A stretch of 32,000 bases of DNA from Prevotella phage Lak-A1, in the sequence record MK250016.1; one strand, given 5' to 3'. Positions 18,764-28,075 of this stretch are shown in pieces. A program made the translations under genes and the position numbers. Every line of letters begins with the position of its first letter. Positions within the stretch are counted from its first letter, which is position 1. Below the pieces are notes generated by a model. It saw only the letters and a list, made by a program, of their open reading frames with translations, was not told the origin of the DNA and searched no databases.

Positions 18764-19834
18764 ATGGAAACAGAAAAATATTATGGTCTTGGTCTTGACT
18801 TAGAAACAACAAAGAAAGATTCATCTATTATAGATTGTGAACTTCCTGGTAAATTACCAGAAAATCCATCGCTAAATACTACGAATACATCTCTTTTAAA
18901 TAAAGCAAGTACAATAAGTAATTATACAAAACTTGTAGATTGTCCAAAAGAATTTACATTAACTAAACATAATGATGCAATAACAGATAGTTCATTATAG
19001 GTAATAGAACAAAACTTATCTTTTAATGGTAACACTAACGTATCATATAATTATAGTATATCAATAGGTACAGGTCTATTAATAGGCACAAGAAAAGATG
19101 TTTATCTTGGATATGAAGATATAAATAAAATATTTAACGGAAATTTAAGTTCTGTAATGACTGCATATAGTGCTACATTAGATTCAGATGTTACAGGATG
19201 TTCAGCAAAGTTATCAAGAGCGGATACTACAGGTGCTTCAATTAAATATAGTTTAAATAAATGTACTAAAGATAGAATTATTACATTTAGCTATAAGAAT
19301 ACTCCTATATTTAAAATTAATTAGACTTATGAAAAAAAGGAGATATATCAAACTTTTTATATATTTTCAATTTCTAGTATAGGAATTGGTAATAGTTTTG
19401 CATTATTTGAAAATAATAATGTGCTTCCTAATTCGTTTGATATGAATTAGACTAACAAAATTCGTATGTATATGGGTAATGGCGTTACCCAAACTAATGG
19501 AATCATATTATTTTATTTTTGTAACACTTCATATGTACTAACTTTTATAACTGTAGAAGAATTAATAAATAGTGGAAAATTAACGCATTTACAAGGACAT
19601 GATTATTTAAATACTGAGTATAACAAATATAAGAGTTTATCACTAAATAAGGTAGATAGTATAAATTCATACAATAGTTATAATTTTAGTACAATATAGG
19701 CAACATTATCCATGAAAATATCGATATTTATATCACGTGAAAGCGGGTTATATAGAATTCCAGATTATATATAGTTTAGTAATACAGATAATGCAAATCA
19801 TGTTGGTGTATATAAGTATATAATATCAAATTAA
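18764..19834 (+). CDS. Probable virion/appendage structural protein; TAG-recoded (5 in-frame TAGs)
   Basis: 356-aa frame under code 15 joining track fragments 18764..19000 and 19466..19699; beta-type composition. Confidence 0.75.
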
Positions 19835-19840
19835 TATAAA

Positions 19841-19879
19841 AGAGAGTTAGATAATCAAAAATCTAATTCTCTTTTTTAT
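19841..19879 (+). terminator. Rho-independent terminator
   Basis: AGAGAGTTAGAT-aatcaaaa-ATCTAATTCTCT followed by TTTTTATTTTT. Confidence 0.75.
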
Positions 19880-19936
19880 TTTTATAACTTTTTATATATT
19901 TTTATATATAATATAGTAAAGTATATAAAGCAAGAA

Positions 19937-21865
19937 ATGCAATACATGATAGAATCAATAAAATCAAATATATTAGATTGGGTTGAAAATAATATAGGTT
20001 TAGATTTTTCATTCAGAAAATATCAGCTTGAATCTATAATGTTTATTATCAAAAGTATATTAAATGATAACAGAGAAACTTCTATAATTGAAGCTCCAAC
20101 AGGTTCAGGTAAATCACTTATATGTATTATATGTGCAGGTGTATTGTCAAAATATTATCATAAATCATCATATATACTTTGTTCAGATCTTTTTCTCTGG
20201 CAGCAATATGCGGATTTTATTGATAAAATGTCATTATATGAATTTGGTTATATAAAGGGTGCAATAGGAAATTATACATGTTTTGTTAATAAGCAAGATC
20301 TCAGTTGTGGACGTTGTAAACTCGCAAAAGTTTCATATGGACAGTTAAGAGATAAGAATTGGAGAGAGCGTAATATGTTTACATGTGTTGAACGATGTAA
20401 ATATATGCAAGACAGATTCCGTGCGGAACGTTCTAATGTTACACTTATGACATATCAGTTATGGCTTCATCATATGAATCTTGTAAATCAAAAAGCAGGA
20501 ACAAATCATCCATTTCCAAAGCGTGATGTTGTTTTTTGTGATGAGTGTCATAATATTCCTGATCTAGTTCAACAATTCTGTTCACCAACACTTCGAGATC
20601 AATCTCATACAAAGAAATTAATGGATATTCTTGATTATGCAGAACAACATAATATTGAAATGAAAACGCTTTCATCTGATATAATATATGATGAATTTTT
20701 TAAACCAGAATATTTAACACAATTATTAAATGAAAATAAAAAACTTGATACACACTATACATCTATATTTGATAACGATAATATTAAAGACCGGTTGGAT
20801 GTGGTATTTACTGGTCTTAATTACTATCATGATGATGCGGAACAAATTATAACATTACTTAAATTATTCCGAAATATTCTTACTATTGTTGCAAATGTTA
20901 ATTCATCATTAGAAGATGAAATTCAACATGAATCATTATTCAATACAAAGAATATGGATAAAGATATGGAAACATTGTCAAAAAGATTAACATGGTTCCA
21001 TACATTTGGAAATTCATTTGAAGATTTCATGGAAGCAATTAAAAAGTCAGGAACTGAATATATGTTAATGGAAGTTAATGTTAATCCAGAAACACATGAA
21101 AGAACATATCAGTTTAATTGTGCAAAAGAAGATTATCTTTGTAATGAATACCTATTATCACATGCAAATAATAAAGTTCTTTTGTCTGCTACCGTGGGAT
21201 CTCATCATGCATTTGATGAGAATATAGGAACTAAATATACAAAACAACATGAATCTTTTTTCTCAAAGATTCCATCTACATTTGATTTCAGTAAATCTCC
21301 TATATATTATATTCCTAAATATAAAATGAATTATGCAAATAAAGCTCATGATTTTCCAATGATTCAACAAATGGCAGCAAAAATTATAAATGCGCATAAT
21401 CAATATAGAGGAATTATTCATACAGGTTCATATGAAAATGCAAGACTTTTTTATAATAGTGTTCCATATGAAGTAAGAAAACGGTTATTCCTTTATGGTA
21501 CACCAAAACAAAAAGAAGAAATAATACCGGATTTTAAAAAATCAACTAATGGTATTTTAGTTGGTCCAACATTAACGGAAGGTATTGATCTTCCAGATGA
21601 TTATTGTAGATTTATTATATTGATGAAAGTACCATATCCAAATATTACAAGTAAAATTGTAAAAAAGAAATTAGAATTATTCCCATTATGGTATAATTGT
21701 ACTACAAGTAATATTATTATACAAAGTATAGGTAGAGGCGTCAGAAATGAACATGATTACTGTACAACATATATATTAGATGGATGTTTTGGTAATTTAT
21801 ATCAACAAACAAAAGAACAATATTCTCCAGAACTTCAAAATAGAATAAAAATAATTTATGCATAA
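19937..21865 (+). CDS. SF2 helicase of the XPD/DinG (Rad3-like) type
   Basis: 642 aa; Walker A EAPTGSGKS, DECHN box, Cys cluster (C..C..C...C around CFVNKQDLSCGRCK...CVERC), QSIGRGVRNEHDY motif VI. Confidence 0.88.
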   Translation: MQYMIESIKSNILDWVENNIGLDFSFRKYQLESIMFIIKSILNDNRETSIIEAPTGSGKSLICIICAGVLSKYYHKSSYILCSDLFLWQQYADFIDKMSLYEFGYIKGAIGNYTCFVNKQDLSCGRCKLAKVSYGQLRDKNWRERNMFTCVERCKYMQDRFRAERSNVTLMTYQLWLHHMNLVNQKAGTNHPFPKRDVVFCDECHNIPDLVQQFCSPTLRDQSHTKKLMDILDYAEQHNIEMKTLSSDIIYDEFFKPEYLTQLLNENKKLDTHYTSIFDNDNIKDRLDVVFTGLNYYHDDAEQIITLLKLFRNILTIVANVNSSLEDEIQHESLFNTKNMDKDMETLSKRLTWFHTFGNSFEDFMEAIKKSGTEYMLMEVNVNPETHERTYQFNCAKEDYLCNEYLLSHANNKVLLSATVGSHHAFDENIGTKYTKQHESFFSKIPSTFDFSKSPIYYIPKYKMNYANKAHDFPMIQQMAAKIINAHNQYRGIIHTGSYENARLFYNSVPYEVRKRLFLYGTPKQKEEIIPDFKKSTNGILVGPTLTEGIDLPDDYCRFIILMKVPYPNITSKIVKKKLELFPLWYNCTTSNIIIQSIGRGVRNEHDYCTTYILDGCFGNLYQQTKEQYSPELQNRIKIIYA

Positions 21866-22199
21866 TCAAGAACTTTATTTAAAGAATTCAGGATTATTAT
21901 TTGCACATAAGTTTGAAAGAGTTGTTCATGGTGGTAGAGGAGATTATGTTGAATTTACATATGAACAAATTCTTCCAAACCTTTATTATAAATTTGATGA
22001 AGACCACATGGAATTTGATATAAATAATTTTGACAAATATACAGGCTTTTATTACCATTGGTTATATCCTTTATTTGATACTGAAACAAAAGTATATTTT
22101 CAGTTAAAAACTGTCAAATACGCTGATTATAAATTATATCATTTTTATGTAAGTCCAGATTTATTCATAAATTTTAAAGATCCCCAAAGTTTATTTTAA
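21858..22199 (+). CDS. Hypothetical protein
   Basis: 113-aa ORF overlapping the helicase stop. Confidence 0.65.
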   Translation: MHNQELYLKNSGLLFAHKFERVVHGGRGDYVEFTYEQILPNLYYKFDEDHMEFDINNFDKYTGFYYHWLYPLFDTETKVYFQLKTVKYADYKLYHFYVSPDLFINFKDPQSLF

Positions 22200-22202
22200 A
22201 AT

Positions 22203-23165
22203 ATGATGGAATAGAATAAAAATAAGAAAAAGATATTAATATTACTGATGTCATGTAATATAGAATTCTTTTAGAAAGAAGAAGAACTTTGTAAACAAAC
22301 ATGGCTTTCTAATATTGATTAGTATGATAATATAGATTATTTTATATATACAGCATCAGACAATGATAAATGTTATATAAATACAGACAATCATAAAATA
22401 AAAGTTCCAACTAATGATGATTTGTATTCAACATTATCAAAAACATTATTAACATTACAAGTATTAGAACAAATACAAATATTATAGAATTATGATTATA
22501 TATTCAGAACAAATTTATCTACTTATATAAATATTTCTTTATTAAATGAATTTGTATAGAATATAAAGGATGATAATATTACATATGCAACTGAATGTTA
22601 TATAACAAAAGAACAAGGACCATATAAGTATTGTATATTTCCATAGGGTAATGGTACATTATTATCTCGTAAATTATATAAATAATTTACGTTTGATAAT
22701 TTCTACAGATATATGGAAATGTATAAAGATATTTATAAACCGGATGTAACAGCAAGCATTGATGATAATGGTATGGGATTTATTTTAACATGTTATTATT
22801 TGGAAAACAAGTTTGATATATTTGACATGTTTTAGGAATTTGGTTTTGTTAGACCTGAATATCTGTATGAACCAGATCCATATTATGATAATATAAATGA
22901 TTTTAATAAATGTATAGCAATTTCATATAGAGTTTTTAAAAATAGAAATTTATAGAATGAATCTGATAACTGTATGTATATTCACAGGAATATAAAATAC
23001 GATAATACAGATTTATCATTTATAAATAAATGGTTATAGAAAGATATGATTCATCTTGTTGTTACATATTTAATTGATGATATTATTACAAAACAAGATG
23101 CATTAAATATTCTTAAATATAATAAAGATTTTAGAAATATACCATATATTAAATATGAAAGATAA
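22203..23165 (+). pseudogene. Glycosyltransferase-like paralogue, TAG-recoded, interrupted by an in-frame TAA at 22683..22685
   Basis: Same frame on both sides of the TAA. Upstream: KKKILILLMSCNIEFF-Q-KEEELCKQTWLSNID...NYDYIFRTNLSTYINISLLNEFV...GNGTLLSRKLYK-stop. Downstream: FTFDNFYRYMEMYKDIYKPDVTASIDDNGMGFILTCYYLENKFDIFDMF-Q-EFG. Both parts align with the intact gene at 23155. Confidence 0.6.
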
Positions 23166-24102
23166 GAAAATAATTATATTGTCAATGTGCTGTAATTAGG
23201 AATTATTTCAGTAGTAGGAATATAGATTACGCACAGAATTATATGCAAAAGACATTTTAAATCATAAATTTAAAAATGTTGATTATTGGACATATACGGC
23301 ATCTACAGATGGTAAATATCATGTAAATAAAAAATTACATAAGATAGAAGTTCCAACAGATGATTCATTAAATGGAACATATGAAAAAACATATCAAACA
23401 TTTAAATTATTAAAACAACTTAATTTAGATTATGATTATATATTAAGAACTAATTGTTCAACATACATAAATGTTAATTTGTTAAAAAGTTTTGTTAATC
23501 GATTAACAGATGAACGAATAATTTATTCTAATAATGTATATTGCACAAAAGATGGTTCAGGTCCATATGAGTGGAGTTTATATGGTGTTGGCAATTCATT
23601 ATTATTATCAAAATTTTGGATTAACATTATATTAAATAATCATATATCTAAGATTAAAAATATTAATGAAAATAAAGCAAGTAAAAGTGCAATATTTGAA
23701 ATTGATGATAATGCTATAGGTTTTACAGTAAATTGTTATTGTCTTCAACATAATTATGATGTATGTTTTATATGGCAGTCATGGAAATCACCATTGCCTA
23801 ATGTTGATATTAATAATGCGGGTGATTATATTGCAATACCGTTTAGAGAATATAATAAAGCAAAAACAAGAGATAATGAGTATGATAAATCATTATATAT
23901 ACATAAGTAGATAACAGAAAATAATGGTATATATGATGATGATTATATAAAGAGTTTAACAGAAAATCAATACATGCATATATTAGATTTTGATTAGAAT
24001 ATGCATTCTATAGTAACTAAAGAGTTCTGTAAGAATTTTATGGATGTCGTTTATTTTCCATATTATTTAAAAAACATAAAAAAGCAAATGAATAAAAAAT
24101 AA
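23155..24102 (+). CDS. Glycosyltransferase-like paralogue; TAG-recoded (5 in-frame TAGs)
   Basis: 315 aa under code 15: MKDKKIIILSMCCN-Q-ELFQ-QQ-EYRL...LNLDYDYILRTNCSTYINVNLLKSFVNRLTDERIIYSNNVYCTKDGSGPYEWSLYGVGNSLLLSKFW... Confidence 0.75.
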
Positions 24103-24106
24103 AGAT

Positions 24107-24316
24107 ATGGTAGATTTAGAATACGTTAAAGGAAATGTACGTGAAGGATGGATGTTGAATCCAAATGAAAAAATTGTAAATGGAATTATTAAAGGTATTA
24201 ATCGTTGTAATGGTGATTGCCCTTGTAATAATGATTCTGAGGAAAAACATTGTCCATGTTCTAATTATAGAACAAAAGATAAATGTTGTTGTAAATTATA
24301 TGTTAAACAAGATTAA
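24107..24316 (+). CDS. Ferredoxin-thioredoxin reductase catalytic (beta) subunit-like protein
   Basis: 69 aa: LNPNEKIVNGIIKGINRCNGDCPCNNDSEEKHCPCSNYRTKDKCCCKLYVK, the CPC...CPC...CxC pattern of FTR-like proteins. Confidence 0.75.
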   Translation: MVDLEYVKGNVREGWMLNPNEKIVNGIIKGINRCNGDCPCNNDSEEKHCPCSNYRTKDKCCCKLYVKQD

Positions 24317-24327
24317 TTTAATTTATT

Positions 24328-25044
24328 ATGGCTAAACATACAATAGATATTATAGAAGGAGTAAAGAATTTTTCACAAATGAAATTATTTACTATTAATA
24401 ATTCATCAGAAGAAAATATTTCTTTTTCAAACGATGGATTATATCCTTGTATTAAAGTAACAAAGGAAGAAGTTCAGAAATATATCGAGCAGAATAAATT
24501 TTATTATATTCATACATATGGTGAAATTTATAATTTAACAGATGATATTTATGGAACTATTCTTGTTTATAATAAAGAAGATAATTGTTATAATATTGGT
24601 ATTATTAATATGTCGTCTGATATTGGTATGAAAGGTGATGTTATTACTTTTATCAATTTAACAAAGAGGATTAATAGTGATAATGAATATTGGACACCGA
24701 AATATTGTTTTTATAATTATGAAAAATTTCATAATTACCAGACAACATTAATGTATCTTTTTGATACACGAAAAGAATCGGCAGAAGATTTATTGTTGGA
24801 TATTATTCAAAAATATAAATTTAAACTTTCTAAAGAAAAAGCGAATGTCATTACATTAAATAATAAAGAACTATATCAACAGAAATTTGATAAATTATTT
24901 AATGAACGTGTAGAAGAACTTAAAAAAGAAATTGAATCTATACTTAATAATGAAAAGCAAAAATCTGAAAGTGAAATAACCAAATTAACTGAAAAGATTA
25001 CATATACACAGGAAGATTTAAATAAGGTTAGAGAATGGAATTAA
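24328..25044 (+). CDS. Hypothetical protein with C-terminal coiled coil
   Basis: 238-aa ORF; Lys/Glu-rich C-terminus RVEELKKEIESILNNEKQKSESEITKLTEKI. Confidence 0.7.
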   Translation: MAKHTIDIIEGVKNFSQMKLFTINNSSEENISFSNDGLYPCIKVTKEEVQKYIEQNKFYYIHTYGEIYNLTDDIYGTILVYNKEDNCYNIGIINMSSDIGMKGDVITFINLTKRINSDNEYWTPKYCFYNYEKFHNYQTTLMYLFDTRKESAEDLLLDIIQKYKFKLSKEKANVITLNNKELYQQKFDKLFNERVEELKKEIESILNNEKQKSESEITKLTEKITYTQEDLNKVREWN

Positions 25045-25577
25045 TCAGTTATGAAGATTTTAAACAACATGAATCTAAGTCAGTATATGCTGTTATATAT
25101 TCATCAATATTAAATAATGGTATTTTACCATTAGCAGAAGAACTTTCATCAAAGGAAATAGATAATTTAACAGATATATTTAATGATGATAATATAAAAC
25201 CGGTTAAATTTACTCTGGTAAAAACAAGTAACATATTACCATCTAATAATTTATTCATTAAATATATGTTACAACCTATTGATAATAATTGGAATAATCC
25301 TAATATTCCATATATTTTTTATCGAGAATGTAAAGATAATCCTTTAGTATTTGCAATAATATATAATATAGAAGATCAAACATTGAAATATTCAGTCCCT
25401 TATGGAAATAATAGGAATATCCATATGTTTTCTACTTTGGAAGAATGTAATGATTATATAACTAAATGTAAGGAAATTATTATACATAATTTATTATCAT
25501 ATTATAAAACGAAGATTTCACAGTATACTACTACTGTAAATAAAATTGAGTCAAAAATTGATGATTTTTTATCATAA
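25035..25577 (+). CDS. Hypothetical protein
   Basis: 180-aa ORF overlapping the previous gene. Confidence 0.65.
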   Translation: MELISYEDFKQHESKSVYAVIYSSILNNGILPLAEELSSKEIDNLTDIFNDDNIKPVKFTLVKTSNILPSNNLFIKYMLQPIDNNWNNPNIPYIFYRECKDNPLVFAIIYNIEDQTLKYSVPYGNNRNIHMFSTLEECNDYITKCKEIIIHNLLSYYKTKISQYTTTVNKIESKIDDFLS

Positions 25578-25614
25578 TTTATCAAATATTTATATTATTT
25601 TTTAATTAATTTTG

Positions 25615-25656
25615 AGGTTTTATTAAAATTAGCCAATATTTTAATAAAACCTTAAT
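25615..25656 (+). terminator. Rho-independent terminator
   Basis: 15-bp perfect stem AGGTTTTATTAAAAT-tagccaat-ATTTTAATAAAACCT followed by TAATTTTA. Confidence 0.7.
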
Positions 25657-25709
25657 TTTAATATATACATATTTAAATTAGATAAATAATAAAAATGATT
25701 TTTAATTGA

Positions 25710-25982
25710 ATGGAACCAAAAAAACATAGTTCACGCGATGGTTTAAGTGTTGTTGATGTTAATGATACACCAGAAGACGTATATATGGATTCTTTTTTAG
25801 AAGATGGTGATGACGGTTTCGTAGAAAATATAGAACCAGATAAAATGCCAACAGAAGATTTACGAATTGAAGCGCTTAAACGTGCGATAGATATTGCAAA
25901 ATTAATGAGTAACGTAACAACTCAAGACGTTATTAATATTGCAGCTAAGATTGCTGATTATATCAGTAATACATAGATTTAA
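25710..25982 (+). CDS. Small acidic protein (paralogue of 26008..26394), ends at TAA after an in-frame TAG
   Basis: ...EALKRAIDIAKLMSNVTTQDVINIAAKIADYISNT-Q-I-stop. The track stops at the TAG. Confidence 0.65.
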
Positions 25983-26007
25983 AAATAATATATTTAAGTT
26001 ATATAAT

Positions 26008-26394
26008 ATGAATACAACTACATTAAAAGAAAGATTAGGTCTTGATGAAGAAGCCGTATTTGAAGATGGTGTAACAGCAACAGATGACGGTATGACTGAT
26101 GAAGAACTTAAGATTGAATCATTGAAAATTGCAACTAATATAGGTAAACTTATGAGCAATGTAACAACAGAAGATATTGTAAGTATTGCAGAAACAGTTG
26201 CTAAATTTATTAAGGGTGGTGAAGGTGCTTCACTTGAAACTACAAATGATGATAGTTCATCAGATGAAGATAATGGTGAAACAGAAGAAGACTTTAACAC
26301 TGAAGATGAAGAAACACCAGAAGAAACACCAGAAGAAACAGATGAAGGAACATCTCCTGCAGCTGGTGAAGATGAAGAAGATTTTGAAATTTAA
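26008..26394 (+). CDS. Acidic protein with low-complexity Glu/Asp/Thr-rich tail
   Basis: Start trimmed to MNTTTLKERLGLDEEAVFEDG...; ESLKIATNIGKLMSNVTTEDIVSIAETVAKFI matches the 25710 gene. Tail ...EDEETPEETPEETDEGTSPAAGEDEEDFEI. Confidence 0.7.
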   Translation: MNTTTLKERLGLDEEAVFEDGVTATDDGMTDEELKIESLKIATNIGKLMSNVTTEDIVSIAETVAKFIKGGEGASLETTNDDSSSDEDNGETEEDFNTEDEETPEETPEETDEGTSPAAGEDEEDFEI

Positions 26395-26400
26395 TAATAT

Positions 26401-26440
26401 AGGAATAACAATATTTAGCGATTTTGTTATTCCTTTTATT
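26401..26440 (+). terminator. Rho-independent terminator
   Basis: AGGAATAACAA ... TTGTTATTCCT followed by TTTATTTTTAT. Confidence 0.8.
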
Positions 26441-26516
26441 TTTATCATAAATAGACTTTATTTATATTTGGATATATAAACTTTAAATATTCATAAAACT
26501 AAAAAGAAATAAAGTT

Positions 26517-27026
26517 ATGACAGAAGTAAATGTTAATGGATCTATTGATCTTAATGTAAATCGTGGTAAGAGAGTGAATAATAATCAGCGTCCGCGTTTC
26601 AAGAAGGATGAGCACAAGCCACGTGTAAAGACAGATGAAGAGTATATTGCTCAGCTTAATGCAGCAATGCAGAAGGCAGGTGGACGTTATGTAAAATTTG
26701 ATAATGTAGATCATACAGAAGGACTTATGGTTGCAGGTGTGCAGTCAAATGATGGAAAGTATATGTTTGCTGTAGTAGATCGAGATCGTCATGTTCAGCT
26801 TGTAGGAAATAATGAACATTTTTCAGTGATTCGTAATGTACCTGCAAGTCTTTATGTACTTGATTATCTTTATCACCGTGAATCAGCAACTTTACATGAG
26901 ATGGTAACAAATACATTTGATATTGATAATACAAAACTTATCACAAAGCTATATATCAATGTACATAAGAAAACTACTAAGACTAATAAGAAAGTAAAGA
27001 ATACTAAGAAGAACACAAAGAAGTAA
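26517..27026 (+). CDS. Basic, probably highly expressed protein of unknown function
   Basis: 169 aa; Lys-rich C-terminus KKTTKTNKKVKNTKKNTKK. Unlike its neighbours it is rich in CGT, CAG and AAG codons. Confidence 0.7.
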   Translation: MTEVNVNGSIDLNVNRGKRVNNNQRPRFKKDEHKPRVKTDEEYIAQLNAAMQKAGGRYVKFDNVDHTEGLMVAGVQSNDGKYMFAVVDRDRHVQLVGNNEHFSVIRNVPASLYVLDYLYHRESATLHEMVTNTFDIDNTKLITKLYINVHKKTTKTNKKVKNTKKNTKK

Positions 27027-27060
27027 GTATCAATAGATTTAATTATTTTACTTCTAATAT

Positions 27061-27099
27061 AGAGATATAATTCAGTATATGAGTTATATCTCTTTTTAT
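27061..27099 (+). terminator. Rho-independent terminator
   Basis: AGAGATATAA-ttcagtatatgag-TTATATCTCT followed by TTTTATTTT. Confidence 0.8.
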
Positions 27100-27157
27100 T
27101 TTATAAACTTATACTTTATTTTTAAATATAATATTTAAATATTTAATTGTACAAAAA

Positions 27158-27556
27158 ATGAAAGAACTAAATTCATTCAAAGAATTATTTACATGGAATA
27201 AAGAAGAACAGCAAGATTTAGAATTTGAAAATTTGAATCTTGTAACTGCTGTTTATTCTGCTAAACGTATAGAAATGTTAAGGGATGAATTTAAAAGTAC
27301 TTATAAGAAACTTACAGATTTATTAGATATTAGGAAATCTGATAAATTACTCAAAGACAGAATAAAAGAATTTAATGCAGAACAATGGATACAACATGTA
27401 TATTCATATATGAATGCATCTGTTAGAAAATATGAAGATTTAACATATGCAATAAATTTTCATAATATATTATTTCCGGATGAACCTGCATTAGGATTAA
27501 CAGAAGATGAAATTAAGATTATAAATCAAATAAAAGGTATAGAAATAATCATATAA
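27158..27556 (+). CDS. Hypothetical protein
   Basis: 132-aa ORF. Confidence 0.65.
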   Translation: MKELNSFKELFTWNKEEQQDLEFENLNLVTAVYSAKRIEMLRDEFKSTYKKLTDLLDIRKSDKLLKDRIKEFNAEQWIQHVYSYMNASVRKYEDLTYAINFHNILFPDEPALGLTEDEIKIINQIKGIEIII

Positions 27557-27559
27557 AAT

Positions 27560-27591
27560 GGGGATTACTTGGTGTGCTGTCAGTAATCCCC
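27560..27591. terminator. Hairpin between convergent genes
   Basis: GGGGATTACT-tggtgtgctgtc-AGTAATCCCC between the 3' ends at 27556 (+) and 27613 (-). Confidence 0.6.
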
Positions 27592-27612
27592 CTGTGCTTG
27601 TTTAATAGTTAT

Positions 27613-28002
27613 TTAAAATATGCAGTGAAGTAAACTGCCGATGCAGATTACCAATGTATACTTTAACATGTCCTTATGATCGCATACATCACAAGTTTCT
27701 GCTTGCATATGATGTACATAACAAGACTGTACAATCATTGCTAATATTGAGAATGTAAAACCACATAAAATAGAAATTAAAAACCATGCAATAAACATGA
27801 TAGAATTTCCATTATTTGTTTTTACATCATTCCAAACTTCTTTGAGGATTTCCCATAGATACAATCCAAAAGTTACGAAGAACTTTTTTACTGATTCAAA
27901 TGTTAAACCTTTAAAAAAGTTTACTAGATTAATAAATGAACTTAACATATTAGATAATAAATAACTATTTTTAGGAAGTATAATAATTTGTTTATTATAC
28001 AT
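27613..28002 (-). CDS. Putative membrane protein
   Basis: 129-aa ORF with IMFIAWFLISILCGFTFSILAMIV, CDVCDHKD, and a hydrophobic C-terminus. Confidence 0.6.
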   Translation of the reverse strand: MYNKQIIILPKNSYLLSNMLSSFINLVNFFKGLTFESVKKFFVTFGLYLWEILKEVWNDVKTNNGNSIMFIAWFLISILCGFTFSILAMIVQSCYVHHMQAETCDVCDHKDMLKYTLVICIGSLLHCIF

Positions 28003-28075
28003 ATATATTTATTATAGACAAAATTAGAACTTTATTATACAAACATAAGTAAAGACAGATTAGAATATAAAAAAT

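Noticed and set aside
25902-26479. ORFs 25902..26300 (-), 26186..26479 (+) and 26260..26448 (-)
   Set aside because: Shadow frames of the acidic repeat-rich gene 26008..26394; Ser/Val/Leu or Lys/His/Gln homopolymer-like translations.
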